Shown here: positions 46,816-55,290 of the stretch, piece by piece
How positions within the stretch are numbered: the first letter of the stretch is position 1
How the letters are laid out: each line of letters opens with the position of its first letter
NCBI GenBank assembly: GCA_029932855.1
Contig: JAOZPG010000011.1
Span: forward strand, 29,854-93,853
DNA from: Bacteroidales bacterium
GTDB lineage: Bacteria; Bacteroidota; Bacteroidia; Bacteroidales; VadinHA17
Direction of reading: 5' to 3'
Length of the DNA stretch: 64,000 nt
Position numbers and translations under genes: made by a program
The notes under the pieces: generated by a model
Databases searched by the model: none
What the model was told of the DNA's origin: nothing
Seen by the model: only the letters and a program-made list of their open reading frames with translations

Positions 46816-49401
46816 ATGTTAAAGAATACATTAAGCAGGCTGGTACTCACCAGCCTTATTGCTTTTCATCTTATTAATTCATACCCGCAGCAAAACATCC
46901 CGGAGACTGATATGCAATGGGTGGACTCGGTATTCAGGACACTTAAGCTTGAAGAACAGATCTCTCAGCTTATAATTGTGGACAGCTATTCCGACAGGGA
47001 TATCAATCATGAAGCAGAGCTGACAAGCTTAATCAGAAACAATAAAATAGGCGGACTCTTTTTCCACAAGGGCTCTCCTTCAAAGCAGGTGGTATTATCT
47101 GACTTTTATCAGTCCCAGTCTAAAATACCGCTTATTATGGCTATGAATCCTGACCCCCGGCCAGGGAATCTGACTATGGCTGCTGTAAAAAATGACAGCC
47201 TGATATACATGGCCGGAAAAGAACAGGGCAGAAAGTTTTGCAGGCTGGGCATACAATTATGTCTTACAGAAGCCACCGATACCTGGAGTAAGAAAAAGGA
47301 AGGCCTGTATATTATGGCTATGCAAAGCGAAAAAATATTCTATGATACAACACTATCCCGTTCCCTTGCAGCCGTGAAAGAACCGGAAAAAATAACTGAT
47401 CATATATTATCCTCTGTAAATTATCTTGTATCATCCCCGCAGAATGTAAACAAACTAATAGCAGGCATAAAAAATGCTGTTTTCAGTGGACAAATATCAC
47501 GACAGGTATTGGAGAAACAATGCAGGAAGGCACTTGCCGCCAAAGCATCTCCTGGCTTTTCCGGGAGGGAAAAGATTAATGAAAAAGAATTATTAAGTGA
47601 TCTGAACAATACAGGATCCAGGATACTTATCAGAAAGTTGTTAAAAGAGTCTATCACTGTTTTAAATAATTACGGCAGTATAATTCCTGTAAAAAACCTT
47701 GGTACATGCAGAATAGCCAGCCTCTCAATCGGAGATGATAAACTGCCTCATTACTATAAAATGCTTGATAAGTACAGCCGTATAGATCATTATGACTGGG
47801 ATCCGGAAACACAGGATTTCTCAGATCTGCTTAGATCCCTGGAAGGATACGATCTTCTGATTACGGGGATAAGTCTTTCCGGGTGTAAAGATCACAACTT
47901 GCAGCCGGTTTACAGCCTTATAAGCGACAGCCTGTCAATAATACAGGATTCGCTTAATACCATAATCAGCATATTTGGAGAGCCCTTCATTTTAAATGAT
48001 TTACATGGCATTGATAAAGCCGGCGGACTACTATTGACTTACGAGGATAGCAGGCTGGCACAGGAAATGGCAGCACAGCTAATCTTTGGAGCCATAGCTG
48101 CCAGGGGAAGCCTGCCCCTCAACATTAATAAGAATTATACTAAAGGATATGGTTTGGAAACAAATGAATTATCCAGGCTTGGCTTTGCCATTCCCGAAGA
48201 GGTGGGACTTGATTCAAAAAAACTTAATAATACAATAGACTCAATTGCCATGCTGGGACTAAATGCAGGGGCCTACCCGGGCTGCCAGGTCCTGGTTGCA
48301 AGAAATGGAAAAATAGTTCTGCACAAAACATATGGCTACCATACTTATGAAAACAGAAATCCTGTTAATAAAAATGATATTTACGATTTTGCATCTGTAA
48401 CAAAGATAACAGGGACTCTGCCTGCCCTGATGAGACTGGTTGATGAGGGAAAAATCGATATTGATGATAAGCTAAGTAAGTACTGGCCGGATTTTAAACA
48501 TTCAAATAAATCAGAACTGAGCATCAGGGAGATTCTTGCCCACCAGTCAGGAATGATACCATATATCAAGTTCTGGGAAAAAACATTAAAGAAAAACGGG
48601 ACTTATAAGACTAGGATATTTAAACATGATTCTTCTGAGAAATTTTGCGATCCGGTGGCGGCCGGCCTATATATGAATAAGAACTACAGGAAAAAAATGT
48701 ATAAGGAAATCAAAAGGTCTCCTGTATCTGAAGAAAAAAAATATGTTTACTCGGGACTTAGCTTCTACCTCTATCCTCAGATAATTGAGAACTTAAGCGG
48801 CAGTAATTATGAGACTTATGTTAAAACTAATATATACAGGCCTCTTGGAGCATACAGCCTTACATATACACCATCATACCATTTTCCCCTGCAACAGATA
48901 ATACCTACCGAGTATGATAGCTTTTTCAGGCATATGCAGCTGCACGGATATGTTCATGATGAAGGGGCAGCAATGATGGGAGGTGTATCAGGAAATGCAG
49001 GTCTTTTTGGCAAGGCAGTTGACCTGGCTAAACTTATGGATATGTATCTCAACATGGGTTATTATGGCGACAAGCAGTTTATATCGGAAAAGACCATGAG
49101 AGAATTTACGGCATACCAGTACCCCGACAATAATAACAGACGTGGACTGGGATTTGATAAGCCTAAAGTTAATAACAGGGAGCTTCCTGCTGAGGAGCAA
49201 TACCCTACTGGCAGTGTATCCGCATCAAGTTTTGGCCATTCCGGTTATACAGGAACATTTACCTGGGTGGATCCTGAGGAACAAATATTACTGGTGTTTC
49301 TCTCAAACAGGGTTTACCCAACCAGAAATAATAGCTTATTATACAAAATGAATATCAGGCCGGCAATTCTTGAATCTATATATTCGTCTATCATACAATA
49401 A
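46816..49401 (+). CDS. Exported fusion: GH3 (NagZ)-like N-terminal domain + beta-lactamase-fold serine hydrolase (AmiE-like)
   Basis: Signal peptide. The N-terminal half is co-linear with the GH3 N-domain (KIGGLFFHKG...IPLIMAMNPD...). The C-terminal half has S-x-x-K (ASVTK, 48394-48405), YSGLSF and GHSGYTG motifs of class-C-like beta-lactamase/esterase folds. Confidence 0.65.
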   Translation: MLKNTLSRLVLTSLIAFHLINSYPQQNIPETDMQWVDSVFRTLKLEEQISQLIIVDSYSDRDINHEAELTSLIRNNKIGGLFFHKGSPSKQVVLSDFYQSQSKIPLIMAMNPDPRPGNLTMAAVKNDSLIYMAGKEQGRKFCRLGIQLCLTEATDTWSKKKEGLYIMAMQSEKIFYDTTLSRSLAAVKEPEKITDHILSSVNYLVSSPQNVNKLIAGIKNAVFSGQISRQVLEKQCRKALAAKASPGFSGREKINEKELLSDLNNTGSRILIRKLLKESITVLNNYGSIIPVKNLGTCRIASLSIGDDKLPHYYKMLDKYSRIDHYDWDPETQDFSDLLRSLEGYDLLITGISLSGCKDHNLQPVYSLISDSLSIIQDSLNTIISIFGEPFILNDLHGIDKAGGLLLTYEDSRLAQEMAAQLIFGAIAARGSLPLNINKNYTKGYGLETNELSRLGFAIPEEVGLDSKKLNNTIDSIAMLGLNAGAYPGCQVLVARNGKIVLHKTYGYHTYENRNPVNKNDIYDFASVTKITGTLPALMRLVDEGKIDIDDKLSKYWPDFKHSNKSELSIREILAHQSGMIPYIKFWEKTLKKNGTYKTRIFKHDSSEKFCDPVAAGLYMNKNYRKKMYKEIKRSPVSEEKKYVYSGLSFYLYPQIIENLSGSNYETYVKTNIYRPLGAYSLTYTPSYHFPLQQIIPTEYDSFFRHMQLHGYVHDEGAAMMGGVSGNAGLFGKAVDLAKLMDMYLNMGYYGDKQFISEKTMREFTAYQYPDNNNRRGLGFDKPKVNNRELPAEEQYPTGSVSASSFGHSGYTGTFTWVDPEEQILLVFLSNRVYPTRNNSLLYKMNIRPAILESIYSSIIQ

Positions 49402-49693
49402 GTTATAAGCCTTACACCTATGATGTCCAGGTAAATATTAGTAGCTCTTACAATAAAAATTGCTTATTTTTCTTTTTTAAATTTGCAAAAGTTTAGCTAA
49501 ATTGTACTTAAGCATAACACAGATTATAGCTATATAGTAGTTCTACATATTTGGATATCATGTAAATGTTTGTTAATCTTGTGATTGATAAAGAGTTATT
49601 ATGAAGCTGACATAAAGCTAATATATAGGTCTGTAAATTATTGATGATGTTTTATGTGGATCTCATTATAGCTCTGAAAATAATTATTATCGT

Positions 49694-49864
49694 ATGAAAT
49701 TGTGGGATATGGCAATGAAAGTGCTTAAAATCCTTAATCCTTTCCATGAAATGATGGAAGCCAGAAGAGACTTGAAGAAGCTCAGCAATGAGACTGAGAA
49801 GCTGGACCATGAGTTGGAAAAAATAAAGGATAAGAAAAAGAAAGTGCTTTATACAAAGCAGTAG
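49694..49864 (+). CDS. Possible 56-aa coiled-coil small ORF (below ORF-track cutoff)
   Basis: MKLWDMAMKVLKILNPFHEMMEARRDLKKLSNETEKLDHELEKIKDKKKKVLYTKQ. Charged heptad-like composition. It ends 8 nt before the tandem repeat. No further support. Confidence 0.25.
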   Translation: MKLWDMAMKVLKILNPFHEMMEARRDLKKLSNETEKLDHELEKIKDKKKKVLYTKQ

Positions 49865-49872
49865 GCCCATAC

Positions 49873-49922
49873 TATACCCTATAACCCTATACCCTATAAC
49901 CCTATACCCTATACCCCACCCC
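49873..49922. repeat. Short tandem repeat (TATACCC / TATAACCC units; 15-bp super-unit x ~3)
   Basis: TATACCC TATAACCC TATACCC TATAACCC TATACCC TATACCCC ACCCCA. A further TATACCC lies at 49982-49988, and both are preceded by GCCCAT. Confidence 0.9.
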
Positions 49923-50079
49923 ACAATTATTCAGCAAAGCACTTACTCATGCTGGAGATCATCAGCTTAGCCCATGCGGGATATACCCAATTGTTTATTC
50001 CTGTTAAGAAAAAATAAAACAAATAGCTACATTAGCTTAGAAAATTCATTCAGCTTGCATTAACTCAAAAAATCTGCTC

Positions 50080-51009
50080 ATGAAACTTCAAAGACCTGAA
50101 TACCTGAAAAATATAGCTGCCATGATAAAAGCAGACTTTAAAGGTGACCCTCAGCATATCATTAAAGGATTAAATGAAATTCATATGGTCGAACCGGGCG
50201 ACCTCAGCTTTGTCGATCATGAGAAATATTATGAGAAAGCTTTGAGCTCAAAGGCCACAACCATACTTATTAATAAGAATCTTGACCCGCCAGCCGGTAA
50301 AGCACTTATTTATTCCAATGATCCCTTTTCCGATTTTATGCAGCTGGTAAGAAAATTCCGGCCTTTCAAAGAAGCTAAAAAAATGATAAGTGAAACTGCT
50401 GATATTGGAGAGAATACTGTGATCCAGCCCGGAGTATTCATTGGAGAGAATGTAAAAATTGGAAAGAACTGCCTCATACATGCCAATGTAAGCATTTATG
50501 AGCATTCCCTGATCGGTGATAATGTGATTATACATTCGGGCTCTGTAATTGGTGCCGATGGTTTTTACTTTCAGAAAAGAGAAGACAAAAGCCTGAAATT
50601 TGAGTCCTGTGGCAGGGTAATTATTAAGGATCATGTTGAAATAGGTGCCCTCTGTACCATAGACAAGGGTGTAACAGGTGATACTATCATAGATGAATAT
50701 ACCAAATTCGACAACCATATTCAGATAGGCCATGATACATATATAGGTAAAAGATGCCTGCTTGCATCTGCAGTCCTGGTTGCCGGGGTTACCACGATTG
50801 AAGACGATGTAATCTTATGGGGACAGGTAGTTGTAAATAAAGACATTGTGATACACAAGGGAGCTGTGGTACTTGCAGTTTCTGCTGTTGACAAAACACT
50901 TGAAGGAGGTAAGACTTATTTTGGAGCCCCGGCAGAACTGGCATCAAAAAAATGGAGAGAAATGGCAATGCTCAGGAAATTACCTGAAATATATAAGCAG
51001 TTAAAATAA
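50080..51009 (+). CDS. lpxD: UDP-3-O-acylglucosamine N-acyltransferase (LpxD family; short form)
   Basis: Left-handed beta-helix hexapeptide repeats with GSVIGADGFYF...GRVIIKDHVEIGALCTIDKG...IGHDTYIGK, co-linear with E. coli LpxD. 309 aa. Confidence 0.7.
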   Translation: MKLQRPEYLKNIAAMIKADFKGDPQHIIKGLNEIHMVEPGDLSFVDHEKYYEKALSSKATTILINKNLDPPAGKALIYSNDPFSDFMQLVRKFRPFKEAKKMISETADIGENTVIQPGVFIGENVKIGKNCLIHANVSIYEHSLIGDNVIIHSGSVIGADGFYFQKREDKSLKFESCGRVIIKDHVEIGALCTIDKGVTGDTIIDEYTKFDNHIQIGHDTYIGKRCLLASAVLVAGVTTIEDDVILWGQVVVNKDIVIHKGAVVLAVSAVDKTLEGGKTYFGAPAELASKKWREMAMLRKLPEIYKQLK

Positions 51010-51106
51010 AAAACTTGATGACTATATAAATGATTGTTTATTTTTGCTGACTGATTGCGCTGAAAAAATAGTTTTTTTTAATTGGAAAATTTCAATCACG
51101 AATAAT

Positions 51107-52666
51107 ATGAATTACACTACAAGTATATTACTTCATAGTCCTGAAACAGGAAATATTACCGACGACTCCTTTATGGCCACACTGGAATCTGTTAAAGAGC
51201 AATTAAACAGGAACTTTGACATTATTATTCTTGGAAAGATTAAGGATAAAAATATCTTAAAAGATGATTCTTTTAGAATCATACAGCTTGACGGTAATGA
51301 TATGAAACAGGCAGAACTGCTCAACCGGGGTATTAAGCATTCAGCTGCCGGCTTTATATTGTATATAGACAACCGGGAAAAACCCATTTTATTGAAAAAA
51401 GCCGCACTTGATGCATTTCTTATGTCTGCCGTCAGAAATAGCGATGCAGGCATGTTCTACGCAGACTATGAACTGGAAGATGATGATAGCACGAATGAGA
51501 TAAAACTCTTGTTTCATCATAAAGGCAGACTCAGAGACAACCAGGATTATGGCAAAGTATTTTATTTCAGCATGCAGGCCCTGAAAAAAGTATCTTTCTT
51601 CGATGAATCACTCAACTACAATGCCCTCTATGACAATCGCCTTAAAATCGCTGAACATTTCAAACTGATAAGAATATCAAATAGATTCAATGGGTCTTTA
51701 TACAAGGTTTTTTCAAAAGGACAAAGAGCTAATGTTTTTGATTACCTGCTTTCCGGCAAGGAAGTACAGCTTGAAGCTGAAAAAATAATTACCAGACACC
51801 TGAAGCGCATAGGTGCATACCTGAAACCAGGTGATCTTATGCCTGTTGACAATAATTATGAAGACATGTCAAGGCTTGATGCTTCTGTAATAATTCCTGT
51901 TGGATTCAGGCCCGATTTTATTGGAACAGCCATTGAAAGCATACAGGCCCAGAGCCTGAAGAATATTGAAGCCCTGATAATGATTAACGGAGGCCAGGAA
52001 GATCCGACCGCTGACGTTGTTAAGAAATATATGAAGGGTGGTGAGCTTTACGATCCGGAAAAACCTGAGGTAAGGATGCATGTGATAGACATCAACAGCA
52101 TAGGATTGTGTTTAAACATGGGTGTTAATATGGCCCGCGGCAAATATTATGTTCAGCTTGATTCCGACGACAGGCTGAAACCTGATGCAATTGAAAAGAT
52201 AGTAGAATCATTCAGTTCATCGGAAAATACAGGAATAGTAATAGGTTCTTATGAAGTATGGGAGCAACACGACAATGGTGAACTAAACAGGATGGAAGGT
52301 ATTCCTGTTGTTAGTCATGATGAATGGACAGAGGAAAACGGAAGAAACAACCTGCTCAGGATAAATGGTGCAGGAGCGCCCAGAGCTATTCCCATACGTA
52401 TAATTAAGGAGATGGGCTATTTCAGCATCAATGATGATGCATGGAGCAGGAATTACGGGGAAGACTATGAGATGGTAAATAAGATTGCGGAGCATTACAA
52501 AGTCGGACGGATAACAGATCCGATATATGAAGTAGTACGTCACTCCGGTGGTACAGATCACGCCATCAGCCAGGAGCTGGTTGACAGGAATGATGAGGCC
52601 AAGGACGACATGAGATTGCATACCATAAACAGAAGGATTGCTTTTAACAATAGCTTTAGAAACTAA
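51107..52666 (+). CDS. Two-lobed glycosyltransferase family 2 protein (degenerate N-lobe + canonical C-lobe)
   Basis: The C-terminal half reads SVIIPVGFRPDFIGTAIESIQAQS...GKYYVQLDSDDRL (GT2 fold with DxD). The N-terminal half is GT2-like but lacks DxD (ILYIDN). The ORF-track start at 51044 is a TTG, and I prefer ATG 51107 (MNYTTSILL). Confidence 0.65.
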   Translation: MNYTTSILLHSPETGNITDDSFMATLESVKEQLNRNFDIIILGKIKDKNILKDDSFRIIQLDGNDMKQAELLNRGIKHSAAGFILYIDNREKPILLKKAALDAFLMSAVRNSDAGMFYADYELEDDDSTNEIKLLFHHKGRLRDNQDYGKVFYFSMQALKKVSFFDESLNYNALYDNRLKIAEHFKLIRISNRFNGSLYKVFSKGQRANVFDYLLSGKEVQLEAEKIITRHLKRIGAYLKPGDLMPVDNNYEDMSRLDASVIIPVGFRPDFIGTAIESIQAQSLKNIEALIMINGGQEDPTADVVKKYMKGGELYDPEKPEVRMHVIDINSIGLCLNMGVNMARGKYYVQLDSDDRLKPDAIEKIVESFSSSENTGIVIGSYEVWEQHDNGELNRMEGIPVVSHDEWTEENGRNNLLRINGAGAPRAIPIRIIKEMGYFSINDDAWSRNYGEDYEMVNKIAEHYKVGRITDPIYEVVRHSGGTDHAISQELVDRNDEAKDDMRLHTINRRIAFNNSFRN

Positions 52667-52680
52667 TAAACACATAAGAG

Positions 52681-53889
52681 ATGAGCAATATGCACAGGCC
52701 TGAAGATATTATGCTTATTGGTATAGACGGGGGGGCTTCAAAAGTAAGTGGCTGGCTGGTTGAACTGGATATAAAGTCCGGACTGTTCAGTATGGCTAAT
52801 GTGAATGTTGAAAAAAGGTATATGGACTATGAGGGATATAACGATGCTTTTGTTCCTGTTGACCTGAACACCCAGTTAGTTGAGATGAATTCCCATATTC
52901 ATCTGCAGGAAGATGAAAAGAAGCAGGGCTATTTTTACAAAAAAGCAGCAGCAGATGTTATTTCAGAATTACTGCAAAACGGAAAAGATAAATTAGTGCT
53001 TGTCGGAATTGGAATGCCCGGCTTAAAGACCAAAGACATGAGGGGCATCTCTGTTTTGGCAAATGGTCCCAGGATGCCTGACTACTCAGACTTCATAGAA
53101 GAAGAACTGGCAGGAAAAGGTTTGATGCTGGGAGCTCCTATTGCACACCTCGGAAGTGATGCCGACTATTGCGGACTTGGAGAGGAACATTCCGGATCAG
53201 GGCTGTTCAGGGATGTTGAAAATGCATATTACTTTGGTGGAGGAACAGGTGTGGCAGATGCTATGAAACTGAAAGGAAAACTGATAAGTTTTGACCAGTC
53301 TAAGAGCTGGATAGCCAAATCATGGGAAATGATGAGTACAAAAACAAGATCCTTTGAATTTTATACTTCGGCTTCCGGTATCCAGAAATTATACAGCTAC
53401 TACAGCAAAATAAGCCTGACAGACCTGAACAAAAACCGGATATACCCAATGCAGATACTGGAAAAAGCACTGAATAATGAAGAGGCTGCATTTCTTACAA
53501 TAAAAGATCTTAGCGATAAGCTGGCCCTCCTGCTGTTTGAAAGAATTACTACAATCTATTCAGGCTGGTCAGATGTCTTTTCTTTTGTCAATCCTGACAA
53601 GGAAAAACCACTTAGTGATCATAAATACAAAGGCAGTCTTCTCGACAGGATAATTATAGGACAACGACTGGGCGACCTGCTGGAAAGATCTAAAGATACA
53701 GACCTCTTATACAATGATATAAAGAAACAGTTGGGAGATATGATCATAAACACCGGAGATAAAAAGCTCATATCGCATTTCTTAAGAGCCAGGTCATTCA
53801 GGAGTGAAATACTTCGTATATCCAAACTACGGGAAGCCCCTGCCCTGGGTGCAGGAATAGACGCATTCTTAAGTCATAAAAAATACTAA
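52681..53889 (+). CDS. BadF/BadG/BcrA/BcrD-type ATPase; MurNAc/GlcNAc kinase (MurK-like) candidate
   Basis: ASKHA phosphate-1 motif LIGIDGGASKVSGW, plus GIGMPG and FGGGTGVADA. 402 aa. Located in the MurNAc salvage operon. Confidence 0.6.
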   Translation: MSNMHRPEDIMLIGIDGGASKVSGWLVELDIKSGLFSMANVNVEKRYMDYEGYNDAFVPVDLNTQLVEMNSHIHLQEDEKKQGYFYKKAAADVISELLQNGKDKLVLVGIGMPGLKTKDMRGISVLANGPRMPDYSDFIEEELAGKGLMLGAPIAHLGSDADYCGLGEEHSGSGLFRDVENAYYFGGGTGVADAMKLKGKLISFDQSKSWIAKSWEMMSTKTRSFEFYTSASGIQKLYSYYSKISLTDLNKNRIYPMQILEKALNNEEAAFLTIKDLSDKLALLLFERITTIYSGWSDVFSFVNPDKEKPLSDHKYKGSLLDRIIIGQRLGDLLERSKDTDLLYNDIKKQLGDMIINTGDKKLISHFLRARSFRSEILRISKLREAPALGAGIDAFLSHKKY

Positions 53890-53892
53890 ATC

Positions 53893-55266
53893 ATGTTAAT
53901 ACCAGGAATCATTCCTGATAAGGAACCTGTACTCAGGGTAGGAATAATCCTTCCCGAAGACAGGAAGACTACAATATTTCTGGATATCCATGAACCCGGC
54001 TCCTGCCATATAGAACTCGACAATAAGAAAAGTAACCTTCCCGGAACAGGAAAGCTTAAACTGGAATTAAGAGAAAATATTATCAGCCTTTCAGTACCGG
54101 AACCCACAAGCGGGCTAAGTGCAGATAAGGAACAGGAAAACAAGCATTGCCACAAAGTAAAGCTCAGGCAGGAAAAACCCGACAGCTATGTTATGGTAAA
54201 TGATGTGCCTGCCGGAAGGGGTTTTCACTGGCTCAAGGAAATAGCTGTCAAGCTTCCCGGCAGCATTGAGATAGATATCAAAAAAGGATTCCTGTGCCTG
54301 ACTAACGAGCTACCTCTGGAAACATACCTTGCCTGCGTTGCCACCTCAGAGATGAGTGCAGAAAGTCCTGCGTCATTCATTGAGGCCCAGACAATTGCAG
54401 CCAGGTCATGGATGCTGGCAAATGTTGAGCGTAAGCATGTGGAGCTCGGATTTGATGTATGTAATGATGATTGTTGCCAAAGATACCAGGGCGTAAATAA
54501 TATCACCAGGACTTCAATTGAAGGAGCAGCAAGAACCAGGGGCCAGGTGCTAATGTGGAAAGATACAATCTGTGATGCCAGGTACTCGAAATCATGCGGT
54601 GGCATAATGGAAAAGTTCGAGAACTTATGGGATGGGGATCCCCTCCCCTATATGCAGAATATTGCCGATGGCCCGGGAGAATTTAATATTGACCTGACAC
54701 GCGAGGATGATATGAGAGAATGGGTCAGCCAGGTCCCTGAAACATATTGCAGTCCACACTATATTCCTGAAAACCAGCTTAAAAAGTATATGGGCAAAGT
54801 GGATGAAGAAAGTAATTATTTCAGATGGGAAAAGAAAGTAAGCCAGGAAGAACTGTGTGTCAATCTTAATAATAAACTTGATATTGATGCAGACAAAGTA
54901 GTCTCTCTTACTCCACTGAAAAGAGGAGGAAGCGGCAGGCTGCTTGAACTTGAAATAAAGTATCTCAGCAAAGAAGGCAAAACAATATCAATGATCATTG
55001 AAAAAGATTACGAAGTCCGCAGGCTGCTTCATAAAGACTTCCTTTTCAGCTCAGCCATAATAATCGAAGAACTGTATGCAGATCAAACTAATATCCATGT
55101 ATCAGAAATAAAAGTTCCGGCTGCTTTTATTTACAAGGGAGCAGGCTGGGGACATGGAGCAGGCATGTGCCAGATTGGAGGCATAGGGATGTCACTTAAA
55201 GGCCACAGTGCTGAAGAAATAGTGTCACACTATTACCCTGGGGCGGAATTAAAGAAAATCTATTAA
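53893..55266 (+). CDS. SpoIID/LytB domain protein
   Basis: YLACVATSEMSAESPASFIEAQTIAARSW, CNDDCCQRYQG, ARYSKSCGG and GAGWGHGAGMCQIGGIGMS are the conserved SpoIID blocks. Confidence 0.8.
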   Translation: MLIPGIIPDKEPVLRVGIILPEDRKTTIFLDIHEPGSCHIELDNKKSNLPGTGKLKLELRENIISLSVPEPTSGLSADKEQENKHCHKVKLRQEKPDSYVMVNDVPAGRGFHWLKEIAVKLPGSIEIDIKKGFLCLTNELPLETYLACVATSEMSAESPASFIEAQTIAARSWMLANVERKHVELGFDVCNDDCCQRYQGVNNITRTSIEGAARTRGQVLMWKDTICDARYSKSCGGIMEKFENLWDGDPLPYMQNIADGPGEFNIDLTREDDMREWVSQVPETYCSPHYIPENQLKKYMGKVDEESNYFRWEKKVSQEELCVNLNNKLDIDADKVVSLTPLKRGGSGRLLELEIKYLSKEGKTISMIIEKDYEVRRLLHKDFLFSSAIIIEELYADQTNIHVSEIKVPAAFIYKGAGWGHGAGMCQIGGIGMSLKGHSAEEIVSHYYPGAELKKIY

Positions 55267-55290
55267 CTCAACCATTAGAAAGAGAAAAGT

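Noticed and set aside
49873-49922. Could the short tandem array be a CRISPR array or a telomere-like repeat?
   Set aside because: The units are 7-8 bp with no spacers. The total length is ~50 bp, and no cas genes or replicon ends are present. It is a simple microsatellite-like array.
49652-49924. 90-aa minus-strand ORF (MGWGIGYRVIGYRVIGYSMG...)
   Set aside because: Its N-terminus is simply the translation of the TATACCC/TATAACCC tandem repeat. The remainder is antisense to a more protein-like plus-strand mini-ORF. It has no recognisable domain.
51044-51106. TTG start given by the ORF track for the GT2 gene
   Set aside because: It is a rare start codon followed by a non-protein-like extension (MLTDCAEKIVFFNWKISITNN). 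The in-frame ATG at 51107 is more plausible.
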